DNA of 64,000 bases, taken from IMG/VR virus record IMGVR_UViG_3300008117_004020, positions 32,001-96,000 of that record. One strand, 5' to 3'. Under the pieces are notes generated by a model. That model ran no database searches. It was not told the origin of the DNA and saw only the letters and a list, made by a program, of their open reading frames with translations. Numbering within the stretch: position 1 is the stretch's first letter; every line of letters begins with the position of its first letter. Positions 8,522 to 16,608 of the stretch are shown here, one piece after another. Made by a program: the position numbers and the translations under genes. This DNA is from a virus.

Positions 8522-9049
8522 TTAGTCAGGTGAAGAAGTAAAATTAATTACACTTTCAATGTTATCAAAACATACTTGTACAGTGTATTGAGTGTTAGAT
8601 TCTGGATATGTGTGGGTCTCTTCATAGAATCCACCAAGTCCTGCATCAACATGTGTAGTACCATCACCCCAATTAACAGTAAAGTTGATAGGTGTTGTGG
8701 TAACAAAGCTGAATACAAAGAATGTACCTTCAGTTGTATCTACAACAAACTCAATACAATTACTTTGACAACATAAATCTACACTCACTTGACGCCATAT
8801 ACCACCATCTTTTGGATAGGAACTTCCTATAATAAGAGATCCTGGTACTATTTTACCAGCTTTAGTGTAGCGAATAAATCCTTTAAGTCTTAAATTACTA
8901 GGATAAGAGGTGTCTTCACAGCACAAGTCTGTGTTCACTTCTTTCCATACAGCAGGACCACTTGGATATGTTCCCTGTGTTACTATCATACTACCAGGAA
9001 CTATTTTTCCTGATTTAGTATATTTTACAAATGCTCTTTGTTTTGACAT
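8522..9049 (-). CDS. Two anchor-repeat domains plus a PKD-like domain
   Basis: RAFVKYTKSGKIVPGS twice; VNWGDGT...HTY PKD-like motif. Confidence 0.75.
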   Translation of the reverse strand: MSKQRAFVKYTKSGKIVPGSMIVTQGTYPSGPAVWKEVNTDLCCEDTSYPSNLRLKGFIRYTKAGKIVPGSLIIGSSYPKDGGIWRQVSVDLCCQSNCIEFVVDTTEGTFFVFSFVTTTPINFTVNWGDGTTHVDAGLGGFYEETHTYPESNTQYTVQVCFDNIESVINFTSSPD

Positions 9050-9067
9050 ATTATTAAGTTTTAAAGA

Positions 9068-9496
9068 TTAACCACCAAATCCAAATGGACCAATACTACC
9101 TCCTAATCCTGAACACTCAGGATTGTTTAATAGTGTATTGGCAATATCGTTAGACACAGCTAAAACAATATTACCATCACCATCTACACTAAATACACCC
9201 ATATAATCAAGCTGTTCATTTAAACCAGCAGCTAATTCTTCAGGTGTATTAAATTCTCCAAGTACAGCTCCAGCCACAAGTGTTGGTCCCATACCACAGA
9301 AAAACTGTACATATGGGGTGTTAATAGGATAGGTGATTTCTTCAAATGTAATTGTCACACCGCTATTACAACATAAGTCTGCTGGAACTTCCTTCCATGT
9401 AGATGGTCCTTGTGGGTATGAACCCCCAGTGAGGATCAAGCTACCAGGTACAATCTTGCCATTTTTACTGTACCTTACAAATGCTCTTTTTTTCAT
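9068..9496 (-). CDS. Single anchor-repeat domain plus unknown domain
   Basis: RAFVRYSKNGKIVPGS...WKEVPADLCC. Confidence 0.75.
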   Translation of the reverse strand: MKKRAFVRYSKNGKIVPGSLILTGGSYPQGPSTWKEVPADLCCNSGVTITFEEITYPINTPYVQFFCGMGPTLVAGAVLGEFNTPEELAAGLNEQLDYMGVFSVDGDGNIVLAVSNDIANTLLNNPECSGLGGSIGPFGFGG

Positions 9497-9501
9497 TATT
9501 G

Positions 9502-9576
9502 TTATCTTTTAGGTTTAGATGATGTAGACTTAGGTTTACCACAGCCACAACCATAAATGTTAGTGTTCTTTATCAT
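9502..9576 (-). CDS. 24-aa GCGCGK micro-peptide (not in ORF track)
   Basis: MIKNTNIYGCGCGKPKSTSSKPKR; fills the gap, starting 1 nt after the upstream stop. Confidence 0.5.
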   Translation of the reverse strand: MIKNTNIYGCGCGKPKSTSSKPKR

Positions 9577-9577
9577 A

Positions 9578-10102
9578 TTAAGCTTCATTTTGAGAAGGTG
9601 ATCCTTCTATGTTAAGAAATATTTTTCTAATGTTTAATGGAGGAGTATGATAGGCAGGTCTTCTTGCATCTAAAAGTCTAGACTTAGCTATCTTAGCTAC
9701 ATTTACAGCATTACCCTGATTACCACCAAGAACAAAATAATTTTTATTGTCTTCTCCTACATAGAATCCTACATGTCCACCACCACCTGGTCTCGTAAAC
9801 ACAAGAATATCCCCAAGCATAGGACTAGGAGACTTAACACCAAAATTTACCCAATTGCGAGCACCTAATAACCATTCAACAGGTTGTCTATCTGCTCTTT
9901 TAATACACACACCTACAAAAAGTCCACACCATGGAGTTTCATCGTTTCTGTATGTAATACCAAGTTCTCTAGCCCATCCCATAATAATAGGATTGTGCTT
10001 AGGACCCACTGTTTCTTCTACACCATAAAGCTCTAAAGCTTTAACAAGATGCCTGGGAGCCCCTTCAAGAGCTAGCCATGCATATTTTTTAGGAAGTTTC
10101 AT
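9578..10102 (-). CDS. Endolysin, TIGR02594/NlpC-P60 (CHAP-like) peptidase
   Basis: DETPWCG...GHVGFY...VLGGNQ. Confidence 0.85.
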   Translation of the reverse strand: MKLPKKYAWLALEGAPRHLVKALELYGVEETVGPKHNPIIMGWARELGITYRNDETPWCGLFVGVCIKRADRQPVEWLLGARNWVNFGVKSPSPMLGDILVFTRPGGGGHVGFYVGEDNKNYFVLGGNQGNAVNVAKIAKSRLLDARRPAYHTPPLNIRKIFLNIEGSPSQNEA

Positions 10103-10108
10103 TGGTTA

Positions 10109-10702
10109 TTATTTAAGTTTCCAATAGGTCTGTAATTGAGCGCCTAATTTATTCTCATTATCCACTGTTCCTGATAGAATGTAGATGCGTTGTTTCTTGT
10201 CTTTGTATAACAAGCCTGTGTTAAAGGTTCTGATTACACCACCTTGAAATCCTTGAATACCACCACCAAAATAGAATTCTCTTTGTGGAGCAGCATATTT
10301 AACCACGCTGTCATGGATGATGGGATATGTAAGATTGTAGTTATAAGTTCTACCTGTTAAGGCATTACTCATCACCTCATCTTTCACATAAACATATCCT
10401 ACACTATCTATTTTAAGACTGTCCTCATAAACATTCTTAGTCAAGTAGTTAGTTACTAAAGAGTTATACTGAGCTAGTAACTTATTATAATTTGTGTCAG
10501 GAAGATATTCCTTTAGAATCACACTGTCAACAGAACCTTCTCTTATAATCAACTTTGGATTAGAATAGATGGTGCTGTCTTTTTTCACCCATATAGTATC
10601 AGAATACACTATTGTGGTGGTAGTGTCTAGTGGTTTCTTACACATTTGTAAAAGTATGACCACCAGCAGTGCCACAATAATCATATCCAAATACTTTTTC
10701 AT
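10109..10702 (-). CDS. Membrane-anchored spanin-like protein
   Basis: N-terminal TM helix, DT/DS-rich body, located between endolysin and holin candidate. Confidence 0.5.
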   Translation of the reverse strand: MKKYLDMIIVALLVVILLQMCKKPLDTTTTIVYSDTIWVKKDSTIYSNPKLIIREGSVDSVILKEYLPDTNYNKLLAQYNSLVTNYLTKNVYEDSLKIDSVGYVYVKDEVMSNALTGRTYNYNLTYPIIHDSVVKYAAPQREFYFGGGIQGFQGGVIRTFNTGLLYKDKKQRIYILSGTVDNENKLGAQLQTYWKLK

Positions 10703-10781
10703 ATCTCAGGATTTAACAGGTAAAATAGAATGTTCCAGGTGAGTTTTTATAATTTTTCTCACCTGGACTTCTATTATTTCA

Positions 10782-11042
10782 TTAAGCTGTAACTGTTGTA
10801 TCAGCTTTAAAGCGACCAATGATAGATACAATTGTACCCAAAGCAGCCAACAATTGACCAACAATAACAGGCATAGAACCTTGAGAAGCTTTAATAGCTT
10901 CAGCATAAGCCTTCAATTGCTCAAAATCTGCATTAGCAGGAAGAGTGGGTTCTTCCACTCCAATCATTGACATTACAAATCCTAGAGCTGCAATTGCAAT
11001 ACCCCAGATTGTCTTAGATTGATACCACTTTTTTGTTTCCAT
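10782..11042 (-). CDS. Putative holin
   Basis: KKWYQSKTIW start, two TM helices, GR near the C-terminus. Confidence 0.65.
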   Translation of the reverse strand: METKKWYQSKTIWGIAIAALGFVMSMIGVEEPTLPANADFEQLKAYAEAIKASQGSMPVIVGQLLAALGTIVSIIGRFKADTTVTA

Positions 11043-11062
11043 TTTTATTTATATTTGGTGAA

Positions 11063-11593
11063 TTATATTATTTTATAGATATATGAAAAAGAGTAAAACC
11101 CACTTGTTGCAGTAGGATTATTATTTTCTACAGTTACTTTCCCAGATGAACCGCCTATTGCATAAATTTTACAAGAGGTATCATAAACAGCTACACCAGA
11201 TGCATCTGATTGTTCAACAAAATTACTAGCTATAGGTGTTTCCATATCAAATGCCCAAGCACCTGGGTCAATAATAACACTAACATCTAATACACCCCAT
11301 ACATACACCGTGTTTCCAATACGTATATAATTGACAAGTGATGGAAATAGTATTGAACAGTTGGATTGTGTCTGAAGAACTGGAGTAAAAGTACTTTGTA
11401 CAAAAGTTGGTGCTGGGTTAGCAACAGCTAGAGGACTACCCACTGTACCATTTCCTGTCAATGTAGCATCATGAGCCACTGCAGTGAGAGCAGTTCCACC
11501 AGATTCTAGAGCTGTCACTCTACCAGAGAGTCTTTTAATGAATTTAGTAAGCCAATCTAGCCTACCAAATATATCTGTAGATTTAGGATTCAT
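11063..11593 (-). CDS. Fiber-like structural protein
   Basis: VAHDATLTGNGTVGSPL motif and beta-rich C-terminal domain (YIRIGNTVYVWG). Confidence 0.5.
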   Translation of the reverse strand: MNPKSTDIFGRLDWLTKFIKRLSGRVTALESGGTALTAVAHDATLTGNGTVGSPLAVANPAPTFVQSTFTPVLQTQSNCSILFPSLVNYIRIGNTVYVWGVLDVSVIIDPGAWAFDMETPIASNFVEQSDASGVAVYDTSCKIYAIGGSSGKVTVENNNPTATSGFYSFSYIYKII

Positions 11594-11906
11594 AAGATTC
11601 TGATATTATGTTTTTATTCACATCATAGTATTCCTCAGGCTTAAAATAAAGCCTCATAAACCATGGGTAGTGAGTGTTAGCTATTGGTTTTTTACCAAAG
11701 ACTTCCTGCTCTAATGATCTTGTAGTTCTCTCAAGATTCTCAATTTTGGTCTTATCAATGTTGCTTTGAGCCAATAATTGCTTAACATCTGAGCGCATTT
11801 CTGTAATATCACGCCAAATCATTAAAGCTAAGAACGACACTAAAGATGGGAATACATACACCTTTAGTTTGTTGATGAAAGAATTTTCTTTAATTTCTGC
11901 AGCCAT
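11583..11906 (-). CDS. TM plus coiled-coil protein (lysis-associated?)
   Basis: One hydrophobic helix followed by a coiled coil. Confidence 0.55.
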   Translation of the reverse strand: MAAEIKENSFINKLKVYVFPSLVSFLALMIWRDITEMRSDVKQLLAQSNIDKTKIENLERTTRSLEQEVFGKKPIANTHYPWFMRLYFKPEEYYDVNKNIISESYES

Positions 11907-11953
11907 CTTTCAAAACAAATTTATATATTTACAAATAAAAATAATCACATTAT

Positions 11954-12077
11954 CAGACCATCCTACTGGGGTAAAACCCTGATTTACAATGAGTTATAGT
12001 TGTAGCACTGAGGATGTGCAAGTTAATCAGAACTGTTAACTTAGGGTTTTTTGTAGTCCCCAGCAGAAAATGGTCTG
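11954..12077 (-). ncRNA. Candidate structured RNA (long stem plus four-way junction)
   Basis: Nested complementary arms CAGACCAT/ATGGTCTG, CTACTGGGG/CCCCAGCAG, AAAACCCT/AGGGTTTT enclosing three hairpins. Confidence 0.7.
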
Positions 12078-12107
12078 TTAAGAACATTATTCTCTAATCA
12101 CTACTCC

Positions 12108-12123
12108 ATATAATATAATATAC
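12108..12123 (-). promoter_or_regulatory. Putative phage late promoter GTATATTATATTATAT
   Basis: Exact 16-mer also at 51495-51510; both lie upstream of minus-strand late genes. Confidence 0.65.
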
Positions 12124-12155
12124 TAAAATTTTACCTAATCTCCAATTTTAAAATT

Positions 12156-12623
12156 ATGATCAAAAAAGAAAACCTGCCTAGTGAAGACATTATAAAAATA
12201 CTTTCTAAGGAGTTTATTGAGCGAATTAAGAAGGAAACAGGCAAAGATTACAATATTCAAATCATCAATCACACTCTGATTGCCTCTAGAGTTGAGCAGA
12301 TTATTCCAAGAAAAATAGTGTCTCTTGATGATTTAGAGAAGATTATTCTACGCAATATGCCAGTTGAAATACCTAGTGGTAAGTTTAAGTCTAAGAGTAG
12401 AATTCGCGAGCTTGTGGATGCTAGGACCATATTCTGCTACATGGCCTGTAGGATATTTGGGTTCACTGTTACAAACGTAGGCAGATATCTAAAGAAGCAC
12501 CATACTAGCGTTATGTATCTAGTTAGAAAGTGCGAGATTCTTATGGAAGTTGATCCTGAATACTTGGGATTGTTTCAGTCAGTAAAAGACAAACTTAAAG
12601 AAGCATATGAAGAAGTTCTTTAA
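12156..12623 (+). CDS. DnaA C-terminal-like HTH protein
   Basis: KSRIRELVDARTIFCY...VGRYLKKHHTSVMY matches the DnaA domain IV pattern. Confidence 0.75.
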   Translation: MIKKENLPSEDIIKILSKEFIERIKKETGKDYNIQIINHTLIASRVEQIIPRKIVSLDDLEKIILRNMPVEIPSGKFKSKSRIRELVDARTIFCYMACRIFGFTVTNVGRYLKKHHTSVMYLVRKCEILMEVDPEYLGLFQSVKDKLKEAYEEVL

Positions 12624-13176
12624 TATGATTGTTAAGCTAGGTCTGTCTCCTAATGAAGCTTATGTGCTATTATGTTTGCACAATAAAGAGAAACCTCAGC
12701 AGGTTAATATAGACGAGTGTCTAAAATTCCTTTATAAAAAAGGGTTAATCACTACAGATTGTCATATAACTAGTAAGGGACTAAGTGTAGGTGACAAGCT
12801 AGAAAAGATAAAAAGATCATCTAAAAAACAATTAACAGACGAGGATAAAGTAAAAATCAAAGAGTATAGAGAACTGTTTCCAAAAGGTAAACTACCCTCT
12901 GGTTATCCCGCCAGAGTTACAGTGAAGGAACTAGAGAAGAAGTTTGAACATTTCTTCTCTAACTATGATTATGATTGGGACATAATCATAAAAGCCACCA
13001 AAAAGTATATACAAGAACATGAGCCTACATATGACTATATGAAGACCTCAAGTTATTTTATATTCAAGACTGGTGTAGACAAGACATCTGTTTCAGCACT
13101 GTCATCATATTGTGATATGATATTGGAATCAGATGAGGATGATAATCAAAATGTTACATTTTCAAGAGCAGTTTAA
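12607..13176 (+). CDS. Winged-helix replication-associated protein
   Basis: N-terminal wHTH-like segment (LSPNEAYVL...KKGLI...ITSKG); upstream of DnaB. Confidence 0.5.
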   Translation: MKKFFNMIVKLGLSPNEAYVLLCLHNKEKPQQVNIDECLKFLYKKGLITTDCHITSKGLSVGDKLEKIKRSSKKQLTDEDKVKIKEYRELFPKGKLPSGYPARVTVKELEKKFEHFFSNYDYDWDIIIKATKKYIQEHEPTYDYMKTSSYFIFKTGVDKTSVSALSSYCDMILESDEDDNQNVTFSRAV

Positions 13177-13177
13177 T

Positions 13178-13477
13178 ATGAGTGTATTAAAAGTTTATCC
13201 AGCTAAATACTGGCATGATAGTCCAGTGATTATAGGAAGCAAAGAAGCGTTGATAAGACTTAGAGATTTAATAGATCGTAGTCTTATTAATCCTGCAGAT
13301 TGCTGCCATGATCATTTTATAGAAGCAGATGGTAAAGAATTCATAGTTAAAGTGAGAGTTTACGATAGTGAAGAACTCCAGCTAGAAGACTTGCCAGCAC
13401 ATTATGAAGATGAAGAGCTTACAGAATCAGAGAAGAAATTCCTTTATAATTTTGTAAATGAAAGTCATGGATCATAG
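13178..13477 (+). CDS. Hypothetical protein
   Basis: Probable start MSVLKVY at 13178, directly after the upstream stop. Confidence 0.6.
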   Translation: MSVLKVYPAKYWHDSPVIIGSKEALIRLRDLIDRSLINPADCCHDHFIEADGKEFIVKVRVYDSEELQLEDLPAHYEDEELTESEKKFLYNFVNESHGS

Positions 13478-13679
13478 AGTGATAAACAGAGTGTTGCTCT
13501 CAGGAGCATTCTCTGTTATGTTGTGGATGATTGTGGATATATTTCTGATAAATATTCCTTTCTGGAAGTGTTTTATTTTTGAAATTATTACTATTATCTT
13601 AACAAAATTATATATCTTTGTATGCACTAAACTAGGTTTAGTAAACTACACATATGGCCAACCTAATACACATCAGTGA
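13458..13679 (+). CDS. Small two-TM membrane protein
   Basis: Two hydrophobic segments; TAATTTTG box at 13447. Confidence 0.5.
   Translation: MKVMDHRVINRVLLSGAFSVMLWMIVDIFLINIPFWKCFIFEIITIILTKLYIFVCTKLGLVNYTYGQPNTHQ
13613..13620 (+). promoter_or_regulatory. Bacteroidota -7 box TATCTTTG
   Basis: TAnnTTTG 33 nt upstream of the helicase start. Confidence 0.5.
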
Positions 13680-14589
13680 TGTCTACCAAGCAGGTCTCAC
13701 TTATATAGATCAACGCAAGAAAGGTGTTATCAAAAGCATCAAAACTCCATGGTCAAAGCTTAATGACATGACTATGAATGGTTTTGAGTGGAATAATATT
13801 ATTGTTATTGGAGGAAGACCTGGTTCAGGTAAAACCATGTTTACTAATATTATTACGCGTGATGCATTTAAAAACAATCCAGACCAAGAGTTTGGTGTAT
13901 TAGATTTTCAGTTTGAAATGATCTCTCGCAGTATTGCATTAAGAGAAATAGCAGCTCAGTTAGGTAAGGACATGAGAGTTTTATCTAGCTGCTACAATCC
14001 CATATCAGATGAAGATTTTACTGCTGCATACAAATATGCTCAGGAAAATAGACATAGGAACATATGGACTGTAGATAAGCCTTTGACAGTCAAAGAGATT
14101 CAACTTAAGATTGAAGAAGCGCTTAAGCTATATAACATGCCTTTTATTGTCACTTTAGACCACTCTGTGCTTGTAGCAAAAGGATCCACTGAAAAAGATC
14201 AGTTTGATACTCTGCACAATCTGTCTAAGATGATGACTCAGATGAAAAAACTTCCTGTAATGTTTATCGTTCTAACCCAACTAAATAGGGAAGTTGAGTC
14301 TGTAGAAAGACAAAGACCTGGTGTTTATGGTAATTACCTATTTGATTCAGACATATATGGAGGAGACGCTCTGCTGCAACACGCAGATCTTGTGTTAGGA
14401 CTTAACAAACCTTCCAAGTATAATCTTAACGTATATGGTCCAGAAAGACATCAGGTGAAACCTAATCATATAGTGCTACACTATCTTAAGAATAGAAATG
14501 GAGAGGCTGGTAAGTTTAGTTTCTTTGAGGAAGACTTTGCTCATGGTAGACTATACCAGGTAGAAGCTCCTGCCACAGTAAGATCATAA
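13654..14589 (+). CDS. dnaB: DnaB-like replicative helicase (catalytic domain only)
   Basis: GGRPGSGKT, FEM, LDH, QLNR, ADLV, KNRNG motifs. Confidence 0.9.
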   Translation: MANLIHISDVYQAGLTYIDQRKKGVIKSIKTPWSKLNDMTMNGFEWNNIIVIGGRPGSGKTMFTNIITRDAFKNNPDQEFGVLDFQFEMISRSIALREIAAQLGKDMRVLSSCYNPISDEDFTAAYKYAQENRHRNIWTVDKPLTVKEIQLKIEEALKLYNMPFIVTLDHSVLVAKGSTEKDQFDTLHNLSKMMTQMKKLPVMFIVLTQLNREVESVERQRPGVYGNYLFDSDIYGGDALLQHADLVLGLNKPSKYNLNVYGPERHQVKPNHIVLHYLKNRNGEAGKFSFFEEDFAHGRLYQVEAPATVRS

Positions 14590-14599
14590 ATTATATAAT

Positions 14600-15172
14600 A
14601 TGAAAGAAAAAGTAAAATTAGACAGAGACGTAGTATTAACAGCGTTAAAACAAAGAAATGAAGAAAACTTTAAAAACTTAGGGTTGCTAGACCCCTATTT
14701 TGTAGCAAAACTAGCATACAAACCTACAGGTAAAAATGAAATGCTGGTGAGCATGTTCATCTCTGAACTAGAAAGAAAAGATGGTGTGTACATTGAGTTC
14801 ATAGACTTTGACAATCATCCAGTTCATGACAAGCCTGTATTATATAAGTATAGACACAATCCTTATTACAAGACTGAGTATGTGTATGACCCTCCAAGAG
14901 AGAAGAAGAACTTTGAGACATACCTTGTGCCAGTATCAGAGCTTGAGATTGTAGGAGGTAAGCTTCCTATGGACATATCAGAGCCTAAAGTGGAGGTAAA
15001 ACCCAAGATATCTATTCCAGCTGAAATGAGGCAAGAGAATGAATCTCCTTTATCAGAGAAGGAAGATGTGCATTACTCTGAACTTACAGTGAGAGATATT
15101 GCAGCAATGATATTAAAAAAGCCTGTTAGTAATAAAAAATGGTTAAATCAATTAATAGCACAATCAATTTAA
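14600..15172 (+). CDS. Hypothetical replication-module protein
   Basis: ORF track; operon context. Confidence 0.7.
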   Translation: MKEKVKLDRDVVLTALKQRNEENFKNLGLLDPYFVAKLAYKPTGKNEMLVSMFISELERKDGVYIEFIDFDNHPVHDKPVLYKYRHNPYYKTEYVYDPPREKKNFETYLVPVSELEIVGGKLPMDISEPKVEVKPKISIPAEMRQENESPLSEKEDVHYSELTVRDIAAMILKKPVSNKKWLNQLIAQSI

Positions 15173-15176
15173 AATT

Positions 15177-15860
15177 ATGGCACAATCAGTATTAGTTATC
15201 GCAGAGTCTGGATGTGGGAAGTCTACATCCATAGAATCCCTAGATCCCAAAGAAACATTCATTATTAACGTAGCAAATAAACCTCTACCATTTAAAGGTT
15301 GGAAGACTAAATATCCTATATTTGACTTAATTTCTAAGAAAGGAAATTGTGCAAATGTTAGTGCTCCTAAGGATATAGAAGCAGTCTTGAAGATCATTAA
15401 CAATGAGCGCAAGGAGATTAAAAATGTGGTTATTGATGATTTCCAGTATATGAGTTCATTTGAGTTCTTTAACAGGGCAGCAGAGAAAGGCTATGAGAAG
15501 TTTACACAAATGGGTGCTGCATTGGCACACATCGCTAAACTTCCTATATTAATGAGGGATGATTTGATGGTGTTCTACCTAACTCATGCAGAAGATGCCA
15601 CTGATTTAGATGGAAAAAGAAAAGTTAAAGCAAAAACTATTGGGAAATTAGTAGATGATAAGCTAACTTTGGAAGGTCTTTACTCTATTGTCCTTTTTGG
15701 TAAGGTTAAAAAAGATAAAGATGGTAACTTGAGATATGTATTTGAGACCCAAAACAATGGTGAGAATACATGTAAGAGTCCTAGAGGAATGTTTAGTACA
15801 TTTGAGATCCCAAATGATTTAAACTTTGTTAAAAACGCAATTATAGAATACGAAAAATAA
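15177..15860 (+). CDS. AAA ATPase (AAA_24/Sak4-like)
   Basis: AESGCGKST Walker A, VVIDD Walker B, KSPRGMF. Confidence 0.85.
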   Translation: MAQSVLVIAESGCGKSTSIESLDPKETFIINVANKPLPFKGWKTKYPIFDLISKKGNCANVSAPKDIEAVLKIINNERKEIKNVVIDDFQYMSSFEFFNRAAEKGYEKFTQMGAALAHIAKLPILMRDDLMVFYLTHAEDATDLDGKRKVKAKTIGKLVDDKLTLEGLYSIVLFGKVKKDKDGNLRYVFETQNNGENTCKSPRGMFSTFEIPNDLNFVKNAIIEYEK

Positions 15861-15871
15861 AATTTAAAACT

Positions 15872-16561
15872 ATGTTAAGTACAAAAGACATCCCAGTAAG
15901 TTCTGGCAAAACTCCTAAAACATTAAGACCTGGTAATGTAAATGCTAAAATCATTGACATCTCCTTGCAGCCATTGAAAAGTGATCCCCAAGCGTATTAT
16001 TTGATGCTTCATCTTGAGGGTGAAGACCAAGGTCCTGATTTTGAAGGATTCTTATATGACAAAGACAATCCTAATAAGGGTAGAGCAAAAGGTCAAGTGG
16101 GTAAGGTGAGATATTCCATCTATCCATATAGAGATGGTTTCACTAAAGCAGGTAAACCTAAGAACAGAGATATGGACATTCTGCGTTCTCTTGTAGAAAT
16201 CGCCACTCTCACTAATACAAGAGATCAAGTGAATAGTATTGAGGCTCAAACTATTGAGGAATTTGTCAAAATTGCAGCTAAAGCTGTATGCAGTGATAAG
16301 TTTTATTATTTCTGTATTGGTGGCAGTGCATATGTAAAAGATGATGGAAACAAAGACTTTACATTGAATCTTCCTAAGTATGATAAGAATTACAAGTATT
16401 TTGAGCCTATGGGTAACACCCCATCTCAAGTTGCTGTATTTGATTATGCCACACATGTGGAAGATAAAACAGAGTCCACTCCTAAGTCTGAACCTACATC
16501 AGGATGGGGAGCTGGAGAAACTAAATCAGATGGCTGGAAACCTACAGGCTTTAATATTTAA
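15872..16561 (+). CDS. Putative ssDNA-binding protein
   Basis: Follows the Sak4-like ATPase; beta-rich N-terminus and flexible tail ending in aromatic residues. Confidence 0.45.
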   Translation: MLSTKDIPVSSGKTPKTLRPGNVNAKIIDISLQPLKSDPQAYYLMLHLEGEDQGPDFEGFLYDKDNPNKGRAKGQVGKVRYSIYPYRDGFTKAGKPKNRDMDILRSLVEIATLTNTRDQVNSIEAQTIEEFVKIAAKAVCSDKFYYFCIGGSAYVKDDGNKDFTLNLPKYDKNYKYFEPMGNTPSQVAVFDYATHVEDKTESTPKSEPTSGWGAGETKSDGWKPTGFNI

Positions 16562-16568
16562 TAAATTA

Positions 16569-16608
16569 AAGGGTGGGGGAACAGTCTCTCACCCTTATTT
16601 TTTATTTT
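16569..16608 (+). terminator. Hairpin/terminator immediately before the primase start
   Basis: AAGGGTGGGGGA-ACAG-TCTCTCACCCTT followed by a T-rich tract. Confidence 0.65.

Noticed and set aside
7268-9496. Diversity-generating retroelement behind the paralogous repeats
   Set aside because: No reverse transcriptase in the window; the repeats diverge at all base types, not only adenines
11973-12050. tRNA gene (cloverleaf with a 7-nt middle loop)
   Set aside because: No TTC T-loop, D-loop GG or CCA end, and arm lengths are wrong; kept only as an unknown structured RNA
16573-16608. Primase N-terminal extension from the ORF track's GTG start
   Set aside because: Falls inside a GC hairpin; ATG 16609 is the more plausible start
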